Source of the DNA: an uncultured Eggerthellaceae bacterium
GTDB taxonomy: Bacteria > Actinomycetota > Coriobacteriia > Coriobacteriales > Eggerthellaceae
NCBI GenBank assembly: GCA_964518575.1
Contig: CAZFGW010000002.1
Span: 61,974 to 125,973 of the forward strand
Direction: 5' to 3'
Length of the DNA stretch: 64,000 nt
A model generated the notes under the pieces. That model searched no databases, was not told the DNA's origin, and saw only the letters and a program-made list of their open reading frames with translations. A program made the translations under genes and the position numbers. Position 1 is the first letter of the stretch. Every line of letters begins with the position of its first letter. Shown here piece after piece: positions 1 to 9,428 of this stretch.

Positions 1-1269
1 GTCGAAGAGGTGCGGCAGCACAAGGACGAAGCGCTCCGTGAACTGACGGCGAAATTCGACGGCGTTGAAATCTCGTCGTTCAAGGTCACTGACGAGGAGA
101 TCGCCCGTGCCCTTGAGCGTGTTGATGAGCAGACCTTCGAGGCGCTCAAGCATGCGGCGAAGCAGATCAGGGAGTTCCACGAGCGCCAGCTCACCCAAAG
201 CTGGTTCTTTGCGCGTGAAGACGGGGCGGTCGTGGGTGCGAAGGTCACACCGCTTGATTCCGTGGGTATCTACGTTCCCGGCGGTCGTGCACTCTATCCA
301 TCGAGCGTGCTCATGAATGCGATTCCAGCAAGCGTTGCTGGCGTGAAGCGGATCGCGTGCGTGACGCCGCCGACCAAGGACGGGACGCTTGATCCTGCCA
401 TCCTCGCGGCATGCAAGCTGGGTGGAGTCACTGAAATCTATACCGTGGGCGGAGCGCAGGCGATCGCGGCGCTCGCATACGGCACCCAGACCATTCCTGC
501 GGTCGATAAGATCACGGGACCGGGCAATGCCTATGTTGCTGCAGCGAAGAAGATCGTCTCCGGGGACGTGGGGATCGACATGATCGCCGGTCCGTCTGAG
601 GTATGTGTGGTAGCGGACGCGAGTGCCGATCCAGCCCTCGTGGCGATCGACCTCATGGCGCAGGCAGAGCACGACCCGCTCGCTGCCTGCTATCTCATCT
701 GCCGCTCGAATGAGTATGCGGATGAGGTTGAGCGCGCTATCACAGCGCACCTTGCACGTTCGACGCGCGCTGATATCACGCGCCAGTCGCTCGATGGCAA
801 CGGGCTTATCGTTGTGGTCGAAACGATCGAGCAGGCGATGCAGGCGGTGAATATCATTGCGCCTGAGCATCTTGAGCTGCACATCGACCATGCCATGGAT
901 TACCTGGGACTCATCAACAACGCCGGTGCAATCTTCCTCGGCCCGTGGACACCGGAGGCGGTCGGTGACTACGTTGCCGGACCGAACCATACGCTTCCGA
1001 CAGGCGGCACAGCACGGTTCGCCTCGCCGCTTTCGGTCGATGAGTTCGTAAAGAAAAGCTCCATCATCCAATACAGCTCCGAAGCGCTTCTGCACGACAG
1101 CTCTGCGATTATGCGCATTGCCGATCATGAGGGGCTCTGGGCGCATGCACAGTCGGTCGCGTTGCGCCTTGAAAGCGCGCAGCGGGCATCAGAAGAGCAG
1201 CTTACCTCCGACGCGGGTGCAGCTCGCGCACCGCATTTCGCCACATCATCTGTGAAGACCGAGGCATAA
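1..1269 (+). CDS. hisD: Histidinol dehydrogenase, 5'-truncated by window edge
   Basis: The reading frame is open from position 1. The sequence aligns from roughly residue 40 of HisD. Motifs present: GPSEVCVVAD, QAEHDPLA, APEHLEL, GDYVAGPNHTLPTGG. It is the first gene of a his run. Confidence 0.93.
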   Translation, partial: VEEVRQHKDEALRELTAKFDGVEISSFKVTDEEIARALERVDEQTFEALKHAAKQIREFHERQLTQSWFFAREDGAVVGAKVTPLDSVGIYVPGGRALYPSSVLMNAIPASVAGVKRIACVTPPTKDGTLDPAILAACKLGGVTEIYTVGGAQAIAALAYGTQTIPAVDKITGPGNAYVAAAKKIVSGDVGIDMIAGPSEVCVVADASADPALVAIDLMAQAEHDPLAACYLICRSNEYADEVERAITAHLARSTRADITRQSLDGNGLIVVVETIEQAMQAVNIIAPEHLELHIDHAMDYLGLINNAGAIFLGPWTPEAVGDYVAGPNHTLPTGGTARFASPLSVDEFVKKSSIIQYSSEALLHDSSAIMRIADHEGLWAHAQSVALRLESAQRASEEQLTSDAGAARAPHFATSSVKTEA

Positions 1270-1271
1270 TC

Positions 1272-2360
1272 ATGGATTGTATACGAAGCTCCGCACCCAA
1301 TCTCCAGGACATCGTGCCCTATGATCCCAAGTATCTTCCCGCGGAGGCGTTTCTTTCAGCCAATGAGAATCCGCGTGACATCTCCGCGGATCTGCGGGCG
1401 AAGATCATAGCCGAGCTTGATAAGGTTGCGTTCAATCGCTATCCCGACCCGCTCGCGAATGATTTGCGTGATGCGATCGCGAGCGCGAACGGGCTTGATC
1501 GCGATTACGTGCTCATCGGCAACGGAGGCGATGAGCTTTTGTTCAACACGGCGCTTGCATGGGGTGGTCCGGGGCGCACATTTCTGAACATGCCGCCGAC
1601 GTTTTCGGTCTATGAGGCGAACGCGAAGCTGACAAATACAAAGATCGTCAACATACCGCGCCTTGCCGATCAGGACTTCGCAGTGGATGAGGAGGCAGTG
1701 CTCGCTGCATTGCGCGATCCTGCGCTCAACATTGACTACACCATCATTGCGTCTCCGAACAATCCGACGGGTCTGCGGACGAAGGAGGAATTCCTCCAGG
1801 AGATGCTCGATGCGACCGATGCGCTCGTCATGGTGGACGAGGCGTATTTCGAGTTTTCCCGATCCACCATGCGTCCTGCCTTGGAGCAGCATAAAAATCT
1901 CGTGATCTTGCGCACGTTCTCGAAGGCGTTTTCGCTTGCGGGACTGCGTATCGGGTATATCCTTGCGCACCCGGATGTCATTCGCGAATATATCAAGGTG
2001 CGCCAACCCTATTCCGTCGATGCAGTCAGCCAGACGATCGCGCGGGTGGTGTATGAGAATCGTGCGGAGTTCGAACCGGGCATCAATGCCATCATCGCTG
2101 AGCGCGAACGCCTCATGGATGCGATGCGGGTGATTCCGGGAGTCACGGTTCATCCGAGCGAATCGAACTGGATCCTGTTCAATGTCGACGACGCGCAGGA
2201 CTGCTGGCAGCATCTCTATGAGCATGGCGTCCTCGTGCGCGACCTGAGTGCTGACACGCTGCTTCCGAATATGCTTCGGGTGAGCATCGGGACCGTTGAG
2301 CAGAACGACCAGTTCTTGAGCGCGCTCAAAGAGTATGCGCTGCGAAGGAAGGATGCATAG
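1272..2360 (+). CDS. hisC: Histidinol-phosphate aminotransferase
   Basis: 362-aa ORF starting 2 nt after the hisD stop. Class II aminotransferase motifs SPNNPTG and the PLP-lysine box RTFSKAFSLAGLRIGY are present. Confidence 0.93.
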   Translation: MDCIRSSAPNLQDIVPYDPKYLPAEAFLSANENPRDISADLRAKIIAELDKVAFNRYPDPLANDLRDAIASANGLDRDYVLIGNGGDELLFNTALAWGGPGRTFLNMPPTFSVYEANAKLTNTKIVNIPRLADQDFAVDEEAVLAALRDPALNIDYTIIASPNNPTGLRTKEEFLQEMLDATDALVMVDEAYFEFSRSTMRPALEQHKNLVILRTFSKAFSLAGLRIGYILAHPDVIREYIKVRQPYSVDAVSQTIARVVYENRAEFEPGINAIIAERERLMDAMRVIPGVTVHPSESNWILFNVDDAQDCWQHLYEHGVLVRDLSADTLLPNMLRVSIGTVEQNDQFLSALKEYALRRKDA

Positions 2361-2960
2361 ATGGACGAGCTGAAACGCTGCGCGAGTATTGCGCGCAAAA
2401 CCAATGAGACCGATATCGACCTTACGATAAACCTGGACGGTACGGGACGCGTTGATGCCGATACGCGCATCGGGTTTTTCGATCACATGCTCTCGGCATT
2501 CGCGCATCACGGGCTTTTTGATTTGAGTGTCAAAGCACTAGGGGATATCGAGGTTGATGCGCACCATACCGTGGAGGATGTGGGAATCGTTTTGGGCGAA
2601 GCGGTTGCGCAAGCGCTCGGCGACAAGCGCGGGATCACGCGGTTTTCCAGCAATGCTCTTGTCATGGATGAGGCGCTCGTGCTCTGTGCGATGGATATCT
2701 CCGGACGCGGGCAGCTCTACTGGGACATGGATATCCCTATCGACGCTATTGCCACGTTCGACACACAGCTCGCGAAGGAATTCTTCGTCGCATTCGCCGC
2801 GCATGCGGGGATATCGCTTCACATGCAGGAGCTCGCGGGGGAGAACGCGCATCACTTGATCGAGGCATCATTCAAGTCGTGTGGGCGCGCACTTCGAAGC
2901 GCCGTCGCGATCGATCCGCGCAGCGCCAATGAACTTCCCTCGACAAAGGGTGTTTTGTGA
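2361..2960 (+). CDS. hisB: Imidazoleglycerol-phosphate dehydratase
   Basis: 199-aa ORF that abuts the hisC stop. Motifs HHTVEDVGI and GENAHHLIEASFKS are present. Confidence 0.93.
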   Translation: MDELKRCASIARKTNETDIDLTINLDGTGRVDADTRIGFFDHMLSAFAHHGLFDLSVKALGDIEVDAHHTVEDVGIVLGEAVAQALGDKRGITRFSSNALVMDEALVLCAMDISGRGQLYWDMDIPIDAIATFDTQLAKEFFVAFAAHAGISLHMQELAGENAHHLIEASFKSCGRALRSAVAIDPRSANELPSTKGVL

Positions 2961-3607
2961 GCACGCGACCCAGCATCGCTGTCATCGATTACAAGAAGGG
3001 CAACCTCCGCTCGGTGGAGCGTGGGCTTATCCGTGCGGGAGCTGATGCATTCATCACCGATGCACCGCGGGATATCCTGCGCGCTGATGCTGTGGTGCTG
3101 CCCGGCGTAGGTGCTTTTACCGACGCGATGGATACCATGGATGAACTCGGGCAGACCGAAGCAGTGCGCGCTGCCATAGCGCAGGGATCTGCCTTTTTGG
3201 GAATCTGCCTTGGGATGCATCTGATGTTTGAAGGGGGCACCGAGCACGCGCACGATGGCGGCATTACCGATGGCATCGGTATCATCGATGGCATTGTCGA
3301 TGATATGCCGCGCACCTCATCTACGGGAGATGTGTATAAGATTCCACATGTGGGCTGGAACACCGTTGAGGTTGCGCACCCCGATGTGCTTTTCGACGGA
3401 ATTGAAGATGGATCGTATTTCTATTTCACTCATAGCTTCAAGGCACCTGATTCCGCTTTCACCATAGGCACAACGACCCATTCCGTAACATTTCCCTCGG
3501 TCGTGCGCAAAGATCGCGCGTTCGGTGTACAGTTTCATCCAGAGAAAAGCTCCGATGTCGGGGCGCTTCTTCTTGAGAACTTCGTTCGACTCGTATCGGA
3601 AGACTAG
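2957..3607 (+). CDS. hisH: Imidazole glycerol phosphate synthase, glutamine amidotransferase subunit
   Basis: 216-aa ORF with a GTG start overlapping the hisB stop (GTGA). GATase motifs GICLGMH, PHVGWN and GVQFHPEKS are present. Confidence 0.93.
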   Translation: MSTRPSIAVIDYKKGNLRSVERGLIRAGADAFITDAPRDILRADAVVLPGVGAFTDAMDTMDELGQTEAVRAAIAQGSAFLGICLGMHLMFEGGTEHAHDGGITDGIGIIDGIVDDMPRTSSTGDVYKIPHVGWNTVEVAHPDVLFDGIEDGSYFYFTHSFKAPDSAFTIGTTTHSVTFPSVVRKDRAFGVQFHPEKSSDVGALLLENFVRLVSED

Positions 3608-3619
3608 AAGGGATCTGCC

Positions 3620-4420
3620 ATGTATTTTCTTCCCGCGATAGATATTCTTGACGGCAAGGTCGTGAGGCTTATGGAGGGTGACTACGCGAAGGTCACGCTC
3701 TATCACGAAGACCCCTCCTATCAGGCGCAGCTGTTCGAAGAGGACGGCGCTGAGTGGATTCATGTGGTCGATCTTGACGGCGCGCGTGACGGTGCGCCCA
3801 CGAACGTCAAAGCCATCAAAGACATCTTAAGACTCACTGATTTGCATGTTGAGGTTGGGGGAGGACTGCGGACGCTCGATGCGCTGCGCAGCCTTGCGGA
3901 TGCGGGCGTGACGCGCATGGTTTTGGGAACGGCGCTTGTGAAAGACCCTGACTTTGCACAGGCGGCGCGCGAGGAATTCGGACCGGACATGATCGCCTGC
4001 GGCATCGACGCGAAGGGCGAAGATGTGAAGGTTGAGGGCTGGGTCTCCGGCGCGGGTGTGAATGCGCTGTCGCTTGCCACGCGCATGGGTGGATGCGGAT
4101 TCGAGCATCTTATCTATACCGATATCGCACGCGATGGCATGAGAACAGGTATCGCGGCGGCGGCATATGTGGAAATGGCGTCGGCGTTCGGCAACCCCGT
4201 GATCGCAAGCGGAGGTATTGCCACGCTCGATGACATCGCGGAGCTCGCAAAAGTCTCCGATGCCATCGAGGGCGTGATTGCGGGACGGGCGCTCTATGAA
4301 GGCGCGTTCACGGTCGGGGAGGCGGTCTCGCTCTGTGCCGATACGACGCGCATCCTGCCGACGTTCGCGCAGGATCTGGAAAAGCCGCTCACGATGGATG
4401 ATTTGACCGATGCTCGCTAA
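3620..4420 (+). CDS. hisA: ProFAR isomerase (HisA; a PriA-type bifunctional enzyme cannot be excluded by eye)
   Basis: 266-aa ORF with motifs [26 protein letters not shown] and ASGGI. Its position between hisH and hisF supports the call. Confidence 0.9.
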   Translation: MYFLPAIDILDGKVVRLMEGDYAKVTLYHEDPSYQAQLFEEDGAEWIHVVDLDGARDGAPTNVKAIKDILRLTDLHVEVGGGLRTLDALRSLADAGVTRMVLGTALVKDPDFAQAAREEFGPDMIACGIDAKGEDVKVEGWVSGAGVNALSLATRMGGCGFEHLIYTDIARDGMRTGIAAAAYVEMASAFGNPVIASGGIATLDDIAELAKVSDAIEGVIAGRALYEGAFTVGEAVSLCADTTRILPTFAQDLEKPLTMDDLTDAR

Positions 4421-5174
4421 ACGTGTCATACCCTGCATGGACGTTGATTCGGGACGGGTGGTCAAGGGCGTCAATTTCGTCAACCTGCGCGATGCGGGCG
4501 ACCCGATCGAGCTTGCTGCCCGCTATGACGAACAGCGCGCGGATGAAGTGATCTTTCTCGACATCACGGCAACCTCCGATGATCGCACAACGACGGTCGA
4601 TCTCGCCAGCCGTGCGAGCGAACAGCTGCATCTGCCCTATACGGTGGGCGGCGGGTTCCGCAGCGTGGCGGACATCCGCACGATGATCAGCGCTGGTGCC
4701 GACAAGGTCTCCATCAACTCGGCAGCCGTTAAGGACCCCAAGCTCATCACGATTGCTGCGCATGCGTTCGGAACGCAGGCGATCATCGTTGCAATCGATG
4801 CGAAAAGCGTCGCGGGTAACCCCAATGCGTGGGAGGTATACACTGCGGGCGGGCGCCATGCAACGGGCATCGATGCGGTAGCGTGGGCTCGACAGGCGGC
4901 GAAGTGCGGGGCGGGGGAGATTCTGCTCACCAGTATGGACCGGGATGGTTCGCGCGAAGGATTCGATTGCGCACTTACCCGCGCGGTTGCGCGTGCGGTC
5001 GACATTCCTGTGATCGCCAGCGGAGGTGTCGGCTCGATCGAGCATTTCAGTGAGGGCATCCTTGAGGGAGAGGCGGATGCGGTGCTCGCCGCGAGCGTCT
5101 TTCATTTTGGCGAAATGACCATTCGCCAGGTCAAAGAGAGCATGGCAAGTTACGGCATCCCCGTTCGCCTGTAA
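4410..5174 (+). CDS. hisF: Imidazole glycerol phosphate synthase, cyclase subunit
   Basis: 254-aa ORF with motifs [31 protein letters not shown] and ASGG. It overlaps hisA by 11 nt. Confidence 0.95.
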   Translation: MLAKRVIPCMDVDSGRVVKGVNFVNLRDAGDPIELAARYDEQRADEVIFLDITATSDDRTTTVDLASRASEQLHLPYTVGGGFRSVADIRTMISAGADKVSINSAAVKDPKLITIAAHAFGTQAIIVAIDAKSVAGNPNAWEVYTAGGRHATGIDAVAWARQAAKCGAGEILLTSMDRDGSREGFDCALTRAVARAVDIPVIASGGVGSIEHFSEGILEGEADAVLAASVFHFGEMTIRQVKESMASYGIPVRL

Positions 5175-5201
5175 GAGCGTACGGCGAAGACAAGGTGGGG
5201 C

Positions 5202-5525
5202 ATGATGGTCGATATGAGCGAATTGCAATTCGATGAGCGCGGACTGATTCCCTGTATCGTGCAGGATGCGAACACGAACGAAGTGCTCATGATGGCATGG
5301 ATGAATGAGGAGTCCTTAAGACTTACCGAACAGATAGGGGAGACGGTGTTTTGGTCGCGGAGCCGCAAGGAGATCTGGCATAAAGGTCTGACCAGCGGCA
5401 ACACCCAAAAGCTTGTATCTCTCACGTATGATTGCGACGCGGATACATTGCTCGCGCGGGTCATACCAGCAGGACCTGCATGTCATACGGGTAACCGTTC
5501 TTGTTTCTTTAAGCAACTGATCTGA
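5202..5525 (+). CDS. hisI: Phosphoribosyl-AMP cyclohydrolase (no fused HisE domain)
   Basis: 107-aa ORF with motifs [20 protein letters not shown] and [10 protein letters not shown]. The exact start could be 5202, 5205 or 5214. Confidence 0.9.
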   Translation: MMVDMSELQFDERGLIPCIVQDANTNEVLMMAWMNEESLRLTEQIGETVFWSRSRKEIWHKGLTSGNTQKLVSLTYDCDADTLLARVIPAGPACHTGNRSCFFKQLI

Positions 5526-5606
5526 TACCCTGCGCGGAAGGTACGCGCGCTTCTCCTACGATGGGTCTATCGAAAAACCGTCCCGAACGAGACAGGGAGG
5601 ACTGCG

Positions 5607-6584
5607 ATGCCAACATCGAAGAGGAACATCTCACATGGCGAGATCGCCACATGCGTCAATGAAGCTTATGAGGCGCTCAAAGGGGTGAAGGGTGGACACA
5701 ACGCCAATTACATTCCCTATCTTGCGAATGTTGATCCGAATCTTTTCGCCATTAGCGTGTGCCTGCCCGACGGCAGTTGCATCTCGGTGGGGGATTGCGA
5801 CTACACCTTCGGCATCGAATCCATTTCGAAGGTTGCCACGGCGTTGCTCGTGATGCAGCAATCGGGTGCTGATTGCGTGCTGAACAAGATCGGTGCGAAT
5901 GCAACGGGGCTTTCGTTCAACTCCATCCTTGCCATCCTTCTGGAGGATCATGCACCCTCGACGCCACTCGTGAATGCGGGCGCCATTGCAGCATGCTCGC
6001 TTGTGGACCCCAAGGGTAACAAGGAGGCGAAGTGGAAGGCGATTACCGACAACCTCGAAGCGCTCTGTGCCTCAAAACTTACGCTGATCGATGAGCTCTA
6101 TGCTTCGGAGTCGAGCACGGATTTCAACAACCGCTCCATCGCGTGGCTTTTGAAGAACTATGGGCGCATGTACGACGATCCCGAGATGTCGCTCGACCTC
6201 TATACGCGGCAATGCTCGCTCGGGGTTACGCCGCGCGCGCTTTCGATCATGGCAGCCACCATTGCCAACGACGGCTTTAATCCCGTTACGAACAAGCAGG
6301 TATTCGATGAGAAATATGCATCGAAGATCACCTCGCTGATCACTACGGTGGGGCTCTATCAGAAAACGGGCGACTGGCTCTACGAGTCAGGCATTCCGGC
6401 GAAATCGGGTGTCGGCGGAGGAATCGTCGGGGTCATGCCGGGTATGTTCGGCATCGCGGCGTTTTCGCCTCCGCTCGATGAAGCGGGCAATTCGTACAAA
6501 GCGCAACTCGCGATCAAATACATCATGGAGAAACTCGACCTGAACATCTTCTCTGCAAGCAGACTGTGCATCGTGGAGGACTGA
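5607..6584 (+). CDS. glsA: Glutaminase A
   Basis: 325-aa ORF with the Ser-x-x-Lys box GIESISKV and motifs NAGAI and PAKSGVGGGI. Confidence 0.9.
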   Translation: MPTSKRNISHGEIATCVNEAYEALKGVKGGHNANYIPYLANVDPNLFAISVCLPDGSCISVGDCDYTFGIESISKVATALLVMQQSGADCVLNKIGANATGLSFNSILAILLEDHAPSTPLVNAGAIAACSLVDPKGNKEAKWKAITDNLEALCASKLTLIDELYASESSTDFNNRSIAWLLKNYGRMYDDPEMSLDLYTRQCSLGVTPRALSIMAATIANDGFNPVTNKQVFDEKYASKITSLITTVGLYQKTGDWLYESGIPAKSGVGGGIVGVMPGMFGIAAFSPPLDEAGNSYKAQLAIKYIMEKLDLNIFSASRLCIVED

Positions 6585-6604
6585 TCAGCGGCTGGTAGCA
6601 TCCA

Positions 6605-7099
6605 TCAGGAATCGAGACGGGCATCCTCCCGACGTTTGCGTCGCTCGAGGATGCGCACCATACGTTCTTTCGCATACACCCAGGTTTGCACGGCAGCGGT
6701 AACGATGCAGATACCGATGGCGATGCCTGCAATAAGCTGCAAGGTGGGGATGGCTTGTGCACTCATATCTACCCAATCGGCGTTCACGGCGGCGGACATG
6801 GTGTAGAAAAGTCCGCGTCCCGGTACAAGGGGGATGATGGCGATGATGAAGAACGTCGCAGTGGGTACGTGGTAGCGTTTCGCCGCCAATTCGGCATAGA
6901 TTGCTGCGAAGATGCTCGCGATCATGCTGGGTATGAACAAGCTTTTGAGCATGGCGTTGAGAGCCCAGTAGATGACCCATGTGACAAGACCGCCAAGCGA
7001 AGCGGGCAGGATGTAGCGGGGGCTCACGTTGAAGAAGAGAGAGAATCCCACGGCGCCAACGAATGCCATTGCAAGTTGCATGAGCGCGAAGGAGTCCAT
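6605..7099 (-). CDS. Threonine/serine exporter family protein, small (YjjB-like) subunit
   Basis: 164-aa all-transmembrane ORF whose start directly abuts the stop of 7100..7948. The pair resembles a split ThrE exporter. Confidence 0.72.
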   Translation of the reverse strand: MDSFALMQLAMAFVGAVGFSLFFNVSPRYILPASLGGLVTWVIYWALNAMLKSLFIPSMIASIFAAIYAELAAKRYHVPTATFFIIAIIPLVPGRGLFYTMSAAVNADWVDMSAQAIPTLQLIAGIAIGICIVTAAVQTWVYAKERMVRILERRKRREDARLDS

Positions 7100-7948
7100 C
7101 TACATCAGAGCTCCTGCAAGCCACATTGCGCCCATGAATCCGAGCGCGAGCGAAGTTGCCCAAAGAAGGCTTTCGACGAAACGCATCAAGCCTGAAAGCG
7201 TATCGCCTGATAGCATATCGCGCGTGGCGTTGGTCATAGCGACGCCGGGAATGAGAAGCATGATGTCGCCGATCATGACCATGTCCGACGAAATGCTGGG
7301 GATGACATGCGAAAGCGCGATGATGGCAAGACCCACGATAAATGAGCTCCCGAAGTTGAAGATCATCGTGTTGGGCGTCCATGGTTTGAAGTGTTTAATG
7401 GCGAAGCAGAGCACGATGGCGAACAGTGCAGACACGAAGCTATCCAGAACCGAGCCGCCGAAAAAGAGTGCGAAACCGCCTGCAGAAAGCACGCCTCCCA
7501 CATAGAGTGCCCATGAAGGCAACGGCTTTGTGATGATGATCTCAAGTTTGATGCGGATCTCTTTCGGTCCCAAATGCTCATGCCGGCATTCGCGACACAG
7601 ACGGGAAAGCGCTTCGAGATTACCGAAGTTGATACCGCCATCGCCGAAGACGCGGCGGGTCAAAGTATATTCGCGCCCGTTCGAGAGCGTCATCGTGGCA
7701 ACAATGGCGGAAGTGATGACGAATACATTCATCTTATAGGCGCCATACGAGCGCCCGGTCTTCACGAGTACTTCCTCAATGTAGTGCACATCCGCGCCGC
7801 ATTTGAGCATCGCCTCTCCGATATCCAAGAGGCAAGGGAACACATCAATGGCGAGCACTTCCTCTTCCGAGGGAGCGGGCAAGAGGCGCGCAACGTTGTT
7901 CTCATTCAGAAGCGCTTCAAGTGCTGAATATGATCCTGTGGCTTCCAC
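7100..7948 (-). CDS. Threonine/serine exporter family protein, large (YjjP-like) subunit
   Basis: 282-aa ORF with a soluble N-terminal part followed by about 5 TM segments. It is directly followed by the small subunit. Confidence 0.72.
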   Translation of the reverse strand: MEATGSYSALEALLNENNVARLLPAPSEEEVLAIDVFPCLLDIGEAMLKCGADVHYIEEVLVKTGRSYGAYKMNVFVITSAIVATMTLSNGREYTLTRRVFGDGGINFGNLEALSRLCRECRHEHLGPKEIRIKLEIIITKPLPSWALYVGGVLSAGGFALFFGGSVLDSFVSALFAIVLCFAIKHFKPWTPNTMIFNFGSSFIVGLAIIALSHVIPSISSDMVMIGDIMLLIPGVAMTNATRDMLSGDTLSGLMRFVESLLWATSLALGFMGAMWLAGALM

Positions 7949-8092
7949 GGTGGGCTCGTGTCGTCTTTCTTCTTGAGGGGTCTTTGAATATTCTCATTGC
8001 TTTTCGCATAAAAAGCTAGCATATTATCCGTATTGGTGCGGTAACAAGGTATCATTGCACTGCGTTCGTTAATTTTCGAGAAAGGTCGGATC

Positions 8093-8893
8093 ATGGGTTT
8101 TTTGAGTGGTAAAACAGCGTTGATCACCGGCGCGGGTATGGCGAAACTCAAAGACGGTTCGCCGGGCGCTATCGGCTATGGCATTGCCATCGCGTATGCG
8201 AAAGAGGGCGCGAACCTCGTGATTACGGGACGCAACGTCAAAAAGCTCACCGATGCGCAAGAGGAGCTTGAGAGCACCTACGGGATCAAGGTCCTTCCCG
8301 TTGCCGCTGACGTATCAGCTGGTGCCGACAACAAAGCGGTCGTGCAAAACGTGGTCGATAAGGCGATCGAGCAGTTCGGACGCATTGATGTTCTTGTCAA
8401 CAATGCACAGGCGTCAGCGTCGGGTGTTTCGATTGCAGATCACACGACCGACCAGTTCGATCTGGCGATTTATTCCGGTTTGTATGCAACGTTCTATTAC
8501 ATGCAAGCGTGCTATCCCTATCTGAAAGAGACCAAGGGTTCGGTTATCAATTTCGCATCGGGTGCAGGTCTGTTCGGAAATTACGGACAGGTCGCATATG
8601 CGGCGGCGAAAGAGGGAATCCGCGGTATGTCGCGCGTTGCCGCGACCGAGTGGGGTCCCGACGGCATCAACGTGAATGTGGTATGTCCGCTCGCGTGGAC
8701 TGCAGCGCTCGAGAACTTCAAGGATCAGTATCCTGAGGCATTCGAGGCGAACGTGCATATGCCCCCGATGGGACATTATGGCGATGTCGAAGCAGAGATC
8801 GGACGCGTCGTCGTTCAGTTGGCGAATCCCGATTTCAAGTTCATGAGTGGCGAGACGTTGACGCTCGAAGGCGGCATGGGCCAGCGTCCTTAA
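8093..8893 (+). CDS. SDR-family oxidoreductase
   Basis: 266-aa ORF with Gly-rich dinucleotide motif TGAGMA...GAIGYGIA, an NNAQ box and catalytic YAAAKEG (YxxxK). Confidence 0.85.
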   Translation: MGFLSGKTALITGAGMAKLKDGSPGAIGYGIAIAYAKEGANLVITGRNVKKLTDAQEELESTYGIKVLPVAADVSAGADNKAVVQNVVDKAIEQFGRIDVLVNNAQASASGVSIADHTTDQFDLAIYSGLYATFYYMQACYPYLKETKGSVINFASGAGLFGNYGQVAYAAAKEGIRGMSRVAATEWGPDGINVNVVCPLAWTAALENFKDQYPEAFEANVHMPPMGHYGDVEAEIGRVVVQLANPDFKFMSGETLTLEGGMGQRP

Positions 8894-8944
8894 TGTATCT
8901 TCTTCGCATACATGGTATGCAACGAAAATCGATCATGTTACGGT

Positions 8945-8974
8945 GGCGGGCGAGATTCATCTCGCCCGCCAATG
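8945..8974 (+). repeat. Palindromic repeat, copy 1
   Basis: Perfect 11-bp stem GGCGGGCGAGA / TCTCGCCCGCC with TTCA loop (8945-8970), followed by CCAATG-type tail (CGCCCGCCAATG). It lies about 50 nt after the SDR stop. Confidence 0.85.
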
Positions 8975-9048
8975 GTTCATCCATCGGCTCTGGAGATACC
9001 GATGACCGGTTCTGGTTGGGACGATTCATTAATCACAAAAATCGTTCT

Positions 9049-9086
9049 GGTGGACGTTGGGGCGAGATTCATCTCGCCCGCCAATG
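9049..9086 (+). repeat. Palindromic repeat, copy 2
   Basis: GGTGGACGTTGGGGCGAGATTCATCTCGCCCGCCAATG. The stem is 8 bp (9060-9079). The core and tail match copy 1 and the 5' flank matches copy 5. Confidence 0.85.
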
Positions 9087-9170
9087 CAACGACCCCAATC
9101 ATGAAACATCGGGCAACCGCGTTACACCAACGGTGATCCCCAAACGCAACAATCCCAACAACGCATCATC

Positions 9171-9204
9171 GCGGACGAGATAAATCTCGTCCCTACGTCT
9201 ATAC
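9171..9204 (-). repeat. Palindromic repeat, copy 3 (inverted orientation, diverged)
   Basis: The reverse complement reads ATAGACGTAGGGACGAGATTTATCTCGTCCGC. The stem is 8 bp (9173-9192) with a TAAA loop. The flank ATAGACGT matches copy 4. Confidence 0.75.
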
Positions 9205-9330
9205 CCAATTGTTTTGCAATTGAATCTCCGTTGGTCACGTATGGTTCAGTCCCTACGTCTATGCCCAACCGTTTTTGCATTTGAATCATTATTGATTGTG
9301 TATGGGTCGGTCTCAACATCTATTACCAAC
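9189..9330. repeat. Tandem direct repeat, ~60-bp unit, about 2.5 copies
   Basis: Units 9189-9248 and 9249-9309 both start GTCCCTACGTCTAT(A/G)CCCAA..GTTTTGCA..TTGAATC and end TATGG.TC. A degenerate third unit starts at 9310 (GTCTCAACATCTATTACCAAC). Confidence 0.7.
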
Positions 9331-9350
9331 GATTGCCCTGGAAATGACAA

Positions 9351-9372
9351 CGGGCGTGAACCCTCACGCCCG
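9351..9372 (-). terminator. GC-rich hairpin downstream of the minus-strand gene ending at 9429
   Basis: 9-bp stem CGGGCGTGA / TCACGCCCG with a 4-nt loop. The tail CGCCCGCCAAT is shared with repeat copies 1 and 2. On the minus strand it is followed by the moderately T-rich TTGTCATTTCC. Confidence 0.45.
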
Positions 9373-9428
9373 CCAATCTGTTCCTCTTCGGATATGCGAT
9401 CGAACCGTATTCAATCGCCGTTTGCCCG

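Noticed and set aside
8945-9086. Possible CRISPR array suggested by the repeated GGCGAGATTCATCTCGCCCGCC.
   Set aside because: There are only two direct copies, about 114 bp apart. The repeats are strongly palindromic. Further copies are scattered singly at 17189 and 23616, and no cas genes are present. The pattern fits REP/MITE-like elements rather than CRISPR.
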